Assembly (NCBI RefSeq): GCF_009914755.1
Contig: NC_060929.1
Direction: 5' to 3' (one strand)
Source: the human T2T-CHM13v2.0 reference genome, Homo sapiens
DNA: 64,000 bases
A program made the position numbers and the translations under genes. The notes beneath the pieces are model-generated. The model saw only the letters and a program-made list of their open reading frames with translations. It was not told the origin of the DNA and made no database searches. Positions 13,439 to 26,352 of this stretch are shown here, piece by piece (position 1 is the first letter of the stretch; every line of letters begins with the position of its first letter).

Positions 13439-15099
13439 TACACAAAGTGCATGTGACCTTTAAAAATTACATTTGTAAAATTAAAAAAATTTAGACAATT
13501 TAGTATCTAAGAGTAAGTTAGGGTATTAATATAAATGTTAGTATACTTTGAAAGTACCAATGTACAAATTTTCTGAGAAGAGGTATATTTCACTGAACTC
13601 AAAATAAAATGCTTATTATGTAAAGGTAAATATGAAAATTTCAACAAATATTATAAATTGAGAAGGGATGCAAAAGCGATCTCTATCATTTTGAAACAAT
13701 AGCATGCTGTTCCACAAAAGCTACTCAACTATTAAATCAGATATGTGATTTTATTGAAGAAAAATCTAATAGGTGTGACCAGTTTATATTAATAAGGGAC
13801 ACATTTTTGGTAACTGGGAGAAGTTTCACCTTCCATCAAATAGTTGAAATTTTCACCAGATTTATTTGCATATGTGTTTTTTCTTGAAATCTCTTTTATG
13901 CTGACTTTGTCACTTCACCATGAGCATGTGAAACCAATAGTTGATCATTATAAAGAACAGTCAAAGCATGATTGTTCATATAGCCTGAAGAGGGAAATGT
14001 AGTTTTACACACAGGAAAAGCTAGAAGGAATCAAACATGATTTCCTGCACACCTCACATTAGGATAGAGTTATATCCAAACCATCTTAAAGGCAGGCAGA
14101 ATTAAAATATAAATAATCTCTATAGATGGTGTCTTCATTTTTATTGAAAATTCTACTTAATTTTGCTTAATATACTTTATCAGAAGGATATTACTTTTGG
14201 TTGATTTATCTATAAATTAATTAAGGCATTTAGCTTCTATTTTCACTTTCAGTCATACGAAATTATTTCGTCACTCAAAATAATTAATCAAGTCAGGTTC
14301 TACCCTGAAACCTCCCGCTACACTTTTTCTTCTTTTACTTTTAATCATTCCAAAATCTCATTACATCTCTTTCACTTAATATCTAGGTTGCTTCCAAAAT
14401 TACTCATATCTATCCATATATCTGCAGTATCGCTCCTGCACATACAGCATCAATCTATTTTTTTCATTTTCTATAAGATTATCATATTTACTATTTTCCA
14501 TTATAAAAATAATGAATGTTTTTATTTATTTAAACCAGTTGATTTTCCTGAAGACAACTGTATAAGAAACAGAGGAATTTGATTTTTTAAAGTCATAGGA
14601 ATATTCCTATAGAATATTGATTTTTACTCATTTCTAATTATAATACATGTAGGGGCTTTTCATTAATACATTAATGTTAGTGTTTTTAAAAACTAATTAT
14701 TTTTATCAATAAAATGCAAAATATTCTTCTGTATATAATTGCATCTAGTAGGGTATTTGCACTAGTGTGGCATCCCCGAAATATTTTTTTGGATATGAAA
14801 GACTAAAACAAGACTTGGTCAAGAAATTACGTATTTAGTCAAACCTTCTAAGGGTATTTTTCATTCGGACAGTGAATTAAATCAGAATATTAGGTATTAA
14901 AAAGCCATCTTCTACATTGTTGCCTCAGTGTTGAATACAATTCCAAATCTGACCCATTTTTGTGCTTAAAATATAGTAAAATCTATCCATTCCTTATATC
15001 ATAATAAAGCACAATATCTTTCACTCATATACTCATTACATATACATTGTCCCCTACCATATTATCATATCTACTATATCTCTTTTAGATATTAAAGAC

Positions 15100-15567
15100 C
15101 CAGAAATAAAGAAAACAGTGATTGTCTCTATTTTAAAGAGCAGGTTAGTAAAATGGTTTCAAGTGTTATGAAAGCTGTAAGGTTTGAAAGACAGAAAGAA
15201 ATTTGGAGTTGGTTAAAGACGCCCTAACGTGAAGGATGAAAAACTATCTTGTTATTTGAAGAGTAAAAGAAAGTAGCTTTCTTCCAATCAGAGAGAAGAA
15301 TAAATAAAATCTTCAGTGTAAAACTGGGTTCTCTGGGTTCAATGAGCAGAAAGCTGTTCTGTTTTCTTGGGACTTGGTGAACCTTTTTGAAACAGAGCAA
15401 AGTGAGTCGAAAAGACAGTCTAGAAACCTTTCAAGATTATTTGTTCCATGGGATTGACTTTAGATCCTATATTTAATAGAGAGATGTTGAGGCTTTTTTT
15501 TTTTAAGATGGAGTTTCGCCCTTTTTAAGCAAGGAAGGTATATGATCTGATTATATTTGAAAATATG
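15100..15567 (-). mobile_element. L2 fragment, left half (interrupted by the retrocopy)
   Basis: L2-type TTTTAAGCA.GGAAG...ATGATC.GATT..ATTT. The homology appears to resume at 19318. Confidence 0.6.
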
Positions 15568-16032
15568 GGCTCGGGGTTGTTCAGGGCGGGGTGGGCTCTG
15601 GACCCAGCAGGCCCGGCACCCAGGCTAGGCCTCCAGGGGAGGCCAGGTGGGGTGAAGACCAAGAAGGGGCCGGGGCTGGTCAGGAAGGGCTCCTGGTGAC
15701 CAGAGCACTTTGCTCGAGCCAGCGTGGGAGGGAGGTGGGCTGGATGAGCCAGGGAGGCGCTGGTAGGGGCCTTGGCAGACGCAACCTCCTCCGTCAGCCC
15801 CAAGGCCACTGAACCCTGCGTAGCGAGAACCGGGAGGGGGGGCTGCAGACGGAGGAGTGGAGGCTCCTTGGCTTTGGGGGCTTTGAGTAGAAGCATCTAG
15901 GGGTCCCTCAAGAGGCCCCGAAATGCTGCCCCATGGTGAGAAAAGGCGCGGAGAGGCGCATGGCACCGGCGCAGGTGCGGAGAGTCGCACAGGAGACCTC
16001 AGGCCCAGGCTCCACTCCCCAGCTGTGAAAGT

Positions 16033-16245
16033 ACCACTGGCAGGACACCCAAGCTAGCCCGCCAGGCCTCCATAGAGCTGCCCAGCATGGCCGTGGCCAG
16101 TACCAAGAGTCGGTGGGAGACGGGTGAGGTACAGGCTCAGTCTGCAGCCAAGACTCTGTCCTGCAAGGATATTGTGGCTGGAGACATGAGCAACAAAAGC
16201 TTCTGGGAGCAGAAGGGAGGCTCCAAGACCTCATCAACAATTACG
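16033..16245 (+). pseudogene. LSP1: LSP1-derived spliced coding segment (C-terminal caldesmon-like region)
   Basis: Translates TTGRTPKLARQASIELPSMAVASTKSRWETGEVQAQSAAKTLSCKDIVAGDMSNKSFWEQKGGSKTSSTIT, near-identical to the recalled human LSP1 C-terminal sequence. No intron present. Confidence 0.93.
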
Positions 16246-16476
16246 GCCCAGATTGCCTTCCTACAGGGAGAAAGGAAGGGCCAAGAAAATTTGAAGAAGG
16301 ATCTCGTGAGGATGATCAGAATGTTGGAGTATGCTCTTAAACAGAAAAGAGCCAAATACCACAAGTTGAAATATGGGACAGAATTGAATCAGGGAGCTAT
16401 GAAGCCTCCAAGCTATGATTCTGATGAAGGTAATGAAACAGAAGTGCAGCCACAACAAAACAGCCAGTTAATGTGA
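16087..16476 (+). CDS. Putative 129-aa LSP1-STRN chimeric ORF (translation unproven)
   Basis: ATG in good Kozak context (AGCATGG). 53 LSP1 codons run in frame into 76 STRN codons, ending at a TGG>TGA change at 16474-16476. Confidence 0.35.
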   Translation: MAVASTKSRWETGEVQAQSAAKTLSCKDIVAGDMSNKSFWEQKGGSKTSSTITAQIAFLQGERKGQENLKKDLVRMIRMLEYALKQKRAKYHKLKYGTELNQGAMKPPSYDSDEGNETEVQPQQNSQLM

Positions 16477-16502
16477 AAACAAGGTCGACAACTACTCAGG
16501 CA
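16246..16502 (+). pseudogene. STRN: STRN (striatin) exons 2-4, spliced
   Basis: AQIAFLQGERKGQENLKKDLV...YGTELNQGAMKPPSYDSDEGNETEVQPQQNSQLM*KQGRQLLR. The 257-bp length equals recalled STRN c.235-491, so it starts and ends on exon boundaries. Confidence 0.93.
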
Positions 16503-17850
<1,348 letters not shown>

Positions 17851-18230
17851 CATCGGGATGGGGCTGAGAGTCTATCTTTATCCTTATGCACCCGCCCAGC
17901 CGACTTCCTGACAGCCACTACCACAGCGTCCTGTCAGGGAGTCCTTGCTGTTGGGGCGGGGATGGGGAGGGCATGGAGAATCAGGGATGGTCTGGCCATT
18001 GCTGCTGGTGCCTGACGTGCAGGTGGCAGCTGCACCTAGGGCACGGGCTGGTAGGTCTCTTTTGGATGGTTTCCAGGTGGCCCATTGCGCCGTGACCAAG
18101 CCAGAGGGTCCACTCCACCTTAGCCCACACTAGGATTCCAGGGGCTACAGGCGTGGGTACTGCGTGGCCAAGCAGAAGGGGCTCAGCAGCCGGTTCAGCT
18201 TTCCTGCCTTTGCAGGGCTTGTTTTAAATC

Positions 18231-18929
<699 letters not shown>

Positions 18930-18932
<3 letters not shown>

Positions 18933-19271
18933 TCCACAAAAGAAGTGAAAATAGCCTTAACTGATGACATTCCACCATTGTGATTTGTTTCTGCCCCACC
19001 CTAACTGATGTACTTTGTAACCTCCCCCACCCTTAAGAAAGTTCTTTGTAATCTCCCTCACCCTTGAGAAGGTTCTTTGTAATTTGTAATTCTCCCCACC
19101 CTTGAGAATGTACTTTGTGAGATCCACCTCCTGCCCGCAGAACATTGCTCCTAACTCCACCGCCTATCCCAAAACCTATAAGAACTAATGATAATCCCAT
19201 CACCCTTTGCTGACTCTCTTTTGGGACTCAGCCCGCCTGCACCCAGGTGAAATAAACAGCCTTGTTGCTCA
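18930..19271 (+). mobile_element. LTR7 (HERV-H LTR) partial U3 plus R, ending at its polyadenylation site
   Basis: GATCCACAAAAGAAGTGAAAATAGCCTTAACTGATGACATTCCACC...GGTGAAATAAACAGCCTTGTTGCTCA followed by poly(A). U5 is absent. Confidence 0.93.
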
Positions 19272-19308
19272 AAAAAAAAAAAAAAAAAAAGAAAAAGGAA
19301 AAAAAAAA
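19251..19308 (+). terminator. LTR7 poly(A) signal and retrocopied poly(A) tail
   Basis: AATAAA at 19251-19256, a 14-nt spacer, then an A-rich tail up to the TSD. Confidence 0.92.
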
Positions 19309-19317
19309 GAAAATATG

Positions 19318-19620
19318 AAACCAGCTATTCATGAATAAAAGATTGTACAGAGACAAGAAAACCTGTAGATAGACTGGTTAGGATAACAGTGAGATAGACT
19401 AAGTGAGAGATATGGTGCTTTGAGCAAAAATGATGAAAGTGAAGATGGAGAAAATTACCTAAGTCATATCATATGATAGTGATATATTCAACTGCACTTG
19501 AGAATGGATTGCACAGAATAATGAAACGAATAGATAATGATGTGATAGGTCTTTAACTTGATGAATTAATTCCATTACTGTGCTTTCTACTCAGTTGGCA
19601 GAACTGGGAAAGGAAAGTAA
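19318..19620 (-). mobile_element. L2 fragment, right half
   Basis: GACTGGTTAGGA...AGTGAGAGATATGGTGCTTTG...GAAGATGGAGAAAA, a typical L2 antisense pattern continuing from 15567. Confidence 0.6.
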
Positions 19621-22600
19621 GGGGTATCATAGCGTTCATTATTTTAAATTCAAAGAGTCTATGTTGTGTGTTTTCTATTTTCTCTTCTGCATATTATACC
19701 ATGTCCTGGCTGGCTGGATCAAAATTAAAATGGAAAGAAAGTTGGTTGTATATCTATGACACAGAAAATATTTTAATCATAGGTGTAAGGTAAAATCCAA
19801 ATGCATAGGAGAATTTCCCAGCAGCTGAAAATGAGAATTCGGGACTCTGCTGAGTAGGTTGGGGAAAATTTAAAATGTTGGTTGTAGCTCTGGGGGAGCA
19901 AGAGAGATAACTGAAAGCCATATCTATCCAAACCATGTGGGTTCTTCATCACATGGATGCATGTGGATCTTTGCATCCCTTGTCTTAGATTAGCTGGTAA
20001 AACAAAAGGAAGATATCTCAGTCCCCACTTTCTTAGCAGCCCCCACACCAAAAGTCCAGAATGTATCTGATGTTATCATCATCTCTATGAGCCAAGCGTA
20101 GTGCCTACCATATAGCCCAAAACAGTTCAAACTGCAAGAACAAAGATCAGTGTCCATGCATACATTATTAGTAAAAAAAAAAATAATAATAACATTTTTA
20201 CATCATGTTCTACTGCTAGGCAAGTTTGCCAATGCTTTGTAGGATCTTCCTATTAAGCAAAGAAGAGACTTAAGGAGTGTACTATTTTCCTAGTTTTTAA
20301 GATAAAGCACCTGAAGGTCAGAGGTGACCCAAAGTTACAAAGCCTAGCTGCAAACTGGCGGAGTCAGGCTCAAATAGATATTTTCAGATTTCAAGTACAT
20401 CAATCATCAAACTTTCCTCTATACAGGCCCCCGCCACCTAGGAGAATAAAATAGTTAAAATAGTTATGCAGCATTGCATAACTTGACCTTATTAGGACAA
20501 GAAACTCTCTCTGTCTTACAGACACTCTTATCCAGGGGTTACATTCACTGTAGGCTGCTAAAGGCTGCATCAGCTCACCTCACAACCCAATCATTCATAA
20601 AAACTTTGAACTTAAAAAATGTCAGGGACTTCACTACCTTGAACACAGGTCATGGATATATTTCATTACTCAAAAATTGTTACTCAAAATTAAAAGTCTG
20701 AATATGAGTATCATCATCATTATCAGCATTATCAGGCTTTATTTCTTTAAACATTATTTATAGAGAAAACACTGCTTAATTTTCTTCCTTTCAAGTAATA
20801 TTTACCATTGAATTTTGAAGTAGCTCAGTTTTAGTCAAAAGCACACTAACACAATTATTTTTCTTGGGGTTAGCATGGCCCTGTCTCTTTTACAAGTATG
20901 AGTCAAATTCCTATAAAATGCCATTAGCATCCCTCTAAGGTTAAAATTCTCATGAGGAATTGGAAGGTAAAAATTAGTCCAAATGTTTTAAGCTTAGAAA
21001 ACTGAATGGAAACATAGAATGAAATTAAAGCCATTCCACCTTTTGCAAACATGTGAACATTATTTCTCAACTTTCTGTTTTTTGAATTTTGAGGCAAACG
21101 GAGGATGTCAGTGTGGTGGCTCTGAGTGAGCAAAGGGAGGAATGGTATCAAATGAGATGAGATACAGCTAGAAGCTGAACTCCTTTTGTGTTCTGATGAG
21201 GAGCTTAAATTTTATTCTAGGACCAAGTAGGCTAGTTAGAAAAAGTAGATTGAGATAATTTGATTGATTTGATAATTTGATTGTAACTACCCATTGGAGA
21301 CATCAATAAGGGTTGCTTCAGTCAGTGGTCTGGAAAGCATGAAATTCAGATTGTCGTGGGTTGGCCCGTGATGAAGTATATGGCAAGAGAGAAAGTAGGT
21401 ATGGGAAACTCTTGGATATACATTTTTGTATGAGTGTGTGTACAGAATGCCAAATATTTAGAAACTACAAGTGACATAAGTCAAGGAAAAAATAAAATTC
21501 TGCATCTATTTGAGTGTGGGTGCTGAAACCAGAGATACTAAAACATGTACTGGAGGAATTATCTGCTGTAGAGAAAGTATTGATTTAAAAAATACAAATT
21601 AGTCTATGAGAGGTGAGAAGATCTGAGATTTGAAGGTCAGGGAATATCATTTAAAAAAGGTACAGGCACAATGGAAAGAATTTGCTGATATACTTTCACA
21701 CTGTTACCAGACTAGAATATAAAGTTTTTTCACCAGATATTCCATAATACCCATTTCACATCATAGTCTGAATAGAAACTTTGGAATCAGTCAATCCAGA
21801 TTTCAAATCAAATTCAGGTAATAAGTACTGAATCTGTTGCAAATTGCTTCCAATGAATTTCATTCTCTTCTTTCTTCTTTCTGACCTCTTCCCTACCCCC
21901 AGTAGTGATGTCTAACTTGCCAGAAGTTTTCCTTCTGGGTCTGACTGAGGTCTATGCCCAGAGAAATACTCAGGCTCTCTACTTATTCATATCTCATTTC
22001 TTAACCATTTCATTTGTTTAGAATGAATTATAGAATATCGCTTAAAACTAATTACTGTAATGAGATTACCAGATTTTTCTGAGTTAATACATTACCCATT
22101 CAATGCTTAAATGTGCTTTCTAAAATCAAGGTCTTATGTAAAAATATACAGATTTAAAGGCAAAGATTTCCTAATACATCAAAATTAGAAGGCTTCATTA
22201 GGAAGAAAGCTCATCTTCCCTCAGATGGCAATATGATGATGGATTTCTGTATTTGATTTCTGTATAAATTTAATGCTTAATGATACTCTGGAAAATAAGT
22301 GTTTGTAGAATGATATAACAAGGGGGGACATTGTTGAAAAACACAAACCATTCTGAAGACAGTAATGAATCTACTGAGAATCATGTAGAAAATGTTTTAA
22401 ATATGATTAGATACTTGAGTAATGGATTTAAGGATTTTGTCATTAAATTTTACAAGATTAATGGGAAAATACATGAAAATCAAAAAAATATAATTAGAAA
22501 AATTTATCCATGGTTAAAATGCATTTAGATATTCAGGCCAATATTTAATATTCTTTTAACAGAAATGCATATATAGGTGTTATATATATATATATCCTAC

Positions 22601-24276
22601 GTAATTGTATACTATGTACTATAATTACTTATATATAATTATGGAATATATATATCCTCATATACAATTTATGTAAATATATAATATGTATTCACTTATA
22701 TAAAATTATGGAATGTATATATATATATATCTCCTACACAACTTTATACAAATACATAGTATATTTCTGTTATGTGTATGTGGTGTGTGTGTGTGTATAC
22801 ACACAATAAAGATAAATTTACATAATGTATGTGGACCATATTTTTCTTTCACTGTCTTTCTTGTTAACATTTAGTATGTGTTTGTTTTAATTTGGCAAGA
22901 GCTTCAATAAAGTCTACCCTTTGTAAAAGTATAATGGGAAATAATTCAATTACTTAATTTGGGGAACACTAAAGATGAAAGTTAACATTTTTTTCCAACA
23001 ATAGCAGAAGAATCATTAAGGAAACACAATTTCCTCAAGGATGAGTTGGAAATTAAGACCCATGGGATGGGCAAACTATGTCAATTACATGTTGATCCTC
23101 TTAGAGTTTAGCTTTGGGCATTACTTGAACATTTTCTCTATTGCTATCAATATTTTATTGCAAATCTCCTCAAAGCTTGTTCCTATTTATAGTCATACTT
23201 GCATATGTGCCATCAACATCATATGATAAAGCTTTGAAAACCACTCTACCCTGATGTAAAGCACAAAGTTTTAATATTAGATAAAAAAAATTTTTATACT
23301 CTATATACATCATGAATTACAAAAATAAAATGGTAAATTGTCTTTCTTGTCATTTTTTTTTTTTTTGCTCCCAGCCACAGGACAAAAATCTAAGTTTTTT
23401 TTTCTTGCCCCCCCGCCCCGGAGGAGAGGGGTTGCTTTATAAGCACCATGATAATTTATAATGTCATTTTATCTTAAATTATCTTAAAGTACAACAGCCA
23501 GATTTTTTTTATTTAAATATCTGATTCTACACACACACAGACACACACACACATACATATGTCAGCTTGCATTTTAAAATCTTAATAATTAAGATAAAAG
23601 TTAATTTGTATTTGGGGCAACAGAAAGTTATTCTTTAGAAAAGGACAACATGGAATTTTGGGAAGTGATAGAAATAATCTCTATTGTAATTGTGATGGTG
23701 ATCATACAGAACTGCATATTTTAGTTAGCACTCATCAAATTGTAGAATAAATTTGTAAACATTTGTATTTAAATTATGCTTCAATAAATACGACTAAGAA
23801 TAGTAATTTCACTAACAAGATGATGTTCTAATATCTCTGCTTATCATTGATAATATTTATTTTGGTAATATTTATATAGATTTCTGACACATTATAAGGA
23901 AGCTCATATTCATTTCAAAATGAATATTATAGTAACCTGAGGTAGATTAATAAAAATTATTAAAACCAATAATATTTATTTTTGTTGAGTATGTGAAGAA
24001 ATATTTATGTTGGAAATGTAAATTCACATCATAGTTTTAGATAGAAATTGTACAGTTTCTGTCAAACTACAAAGACATACTTTAAAAAATTTTATGTTAA
24101 AGTATTAATGAAACTATTACATATTTAATAAAAATATTTAGAAATGTGACCATAAAAGTACTTTTTATATTTTATGGTTCTCAATGACTAAGAATTCTAT
24201 AGCATAAATAAAATATGCCACAAAATGTAATTATTGTAATATGTCTGTAAAACAAATTGTAGATCTTGTCAATAAT

Positions 24277-24780
24277 GTATTGTAGTGTCATGTGGCTGCT
24301 TTAGCACCTGACCACAAGCTTACTTGCTTAAGACAACAGATATTTATTTTCTCACAGTTTCTACAGGCCACAAGTCCAAAGTAAGTATCACTAGATCAAA
24401 ATCAAGATGTCAGTAGGTACATACTCCCTGCAGAGGTTCAAAGGAGAGAATCAATATCTTGGTTCTCCAAGCTTCCAGAAGGCTAATATTCAGCATTTCT
24501 AAGCTCGTGGCTATATCACCACAACCTTGAAGCCAGCATCTTCAAATCTCTGTCTACTCATCTTCCGATTGCCTTCTCCTCTCTGTGTGTCAAATTTCTC
24601 TGTGCCTCCATTTTATAAGGATACCTGTGATTGCATTTAAAGCCCAGATGGATAATTCAGTAGAATCATGCCACCTCAAGACTCTTCATTTAATTACTTC
24701 TGCAAAGACACTTTTTCCAAAGAAAGTAATATTTATAGGGTCTGGGGATTAGAATCTGATGTCTCTGAGGGTCATTTTCG
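24277..24780 (-). mobile_element. MLT1-family (MLT1C/D-like) solo LTR
   Basis: ACCACAA...GCTTAA.ACAACAGA.ATTTATT.TCTCACAGTT...AAGTCC...ATCAAG.TGTCAG.AG...TAATTAC.TCTGCAAAGAC. Confidence 0.8.
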
Positions 24781-25313
24781 TAATAGGATACCTTTATAAA
24801 TAAGATATATATAAATACTTATACAAAATTCTGGAAGAACCCATAATAATAAAAACTGTTAAAATATTTAACATTGCAGAAGGCAAATGTTTATACTGAG
24901 AAACTGTGTTAATAAGCCTATTTATAACACTAACATTTAAAGATTAATAGTTATACACCCTGGCATAAAATACCACGTGTATTAATATAGAGTTTAACTA
25001 CAATGTGTATTAACATAGATTTCTTATGAGTGATAATATGCATGTGACAATGTAGATTGATTAAAACCTCAGATTGTTTAATAAACTCAAAATACTAACT
25101 ATACCCTTAAACTAAAATAACATTATAAAACAAGCAATTGTTAAATATTTTATTTATTGTATGTGCTTAATATAATATTTTTAAAAGGCTTTCATGAGTT
25201 TATTAAAGATAGTCCTAGCAATTTTTGAGATTAAAAATTATTGATTATGCTTATCAATGGTACTTTATACTACTAGAACACATTTTCCAAAGGGACATTT
25301 TTTTAACAAGCTG

Positions 25314-26062
25314 TCACTGGTCATTAGAGAAATGCAAATCAAAACCACAATGAGATACCATCTCACTCCAGTTAGAATGGCAATCATTAAAAAAGTCAGG
25401 AAACAACAGATGCTGGAGAGGATGTGGAGAAATAGGAACACTTTTACATTATTGGTGGGAATGCAAATTTGTTCCACCATTGTGGAAGACAGTGTGGCGA
25501 TTCCTCAAGGATCTAGAACTAGAAATACCATTTGACCCAGAAATCCTATTACTGGGTATATACACAAAGGATTATAAATCATGCTGCTATAAAGACACAT
25601 GCACATGTATGTTTATTGTGGCAGTATTCACAATAGCAAAGACTTGGAACCAACCCAAATGTCCATCAATGATAGACTGAATAAAGAAAATGTGCCACAT
25701 ATACACCATGGAACACTATACAGCCATAAAAAAGGATGAGTTCATGTCCTTTGCAGGGACATGGAAGAAGCTGTAAACCATCATTCTTAGGAAACCATCA
25801 CAAGAACAGAAAACCAAACACTATGTGTTCTCACTCATAAGTGGGAGTTGAACAATGAGAACATATGGACACAGGAAGGGAAACATCACACATGGGTCTT
25901 TCGAGGGGTGAGGGTTAGAGGAGGGATAGCATTAAGAGAAATATCTAATGTAGGTGACCGGTCGATGGGTGCAGCAAACCACCATGGCATGTGTATACCC
26001 ATGTAACAAAACTGCATATTCTGCACATGTACCCCAGGAGCTAAAGTATAATAATAAAAAAA
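25314..26062 (+). mobile_element. 5'-truncated L1PA (ORF2 C-terminus plus 3' UTR)
   Basis: [24 protein letters not shown] and WKTVWRFLKDLELEIPFDP peptides. Possible degenerate TSD AACAAGCTGT / AAAAAGTTGT. Confidence 0.93.
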
Positions 26063-26352
26063 GTTGTTTTAATAAAGTATTTTTATATTTAATTTCTATG
26101 ATTTATTAAAGTCTCTGGAGAAATTAAAAAAAGAAAACTCTACAAGTAATTTATTGTGTTTTTTTTCTTATTAGGAAAAAATATTTTTTCCAGATGAAAT
26201 CATCTCATAACAACGACACACATTATTGCTATGAAAAAAAGATAATTGTCTTTTCAGATTAATATTAATGAGAAAATTCCAAATTTTTCCCACGTAGAAA
26301 TATAAAAGGAAAAATTAAACCCATATTATTACCATTATCAAACATTTATTTT

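Noticed and set aside
19700-20100. Non-repeat-looking segment with 60-92 aa ORFs, possible pseudogene or retroviral relic
   Set aside because: No motif I could confidently assign.
22560-22810. Degenerate ~65-bp AT-rich tandem duplication
   Set aside because: Ordinary low-complexity slippage.
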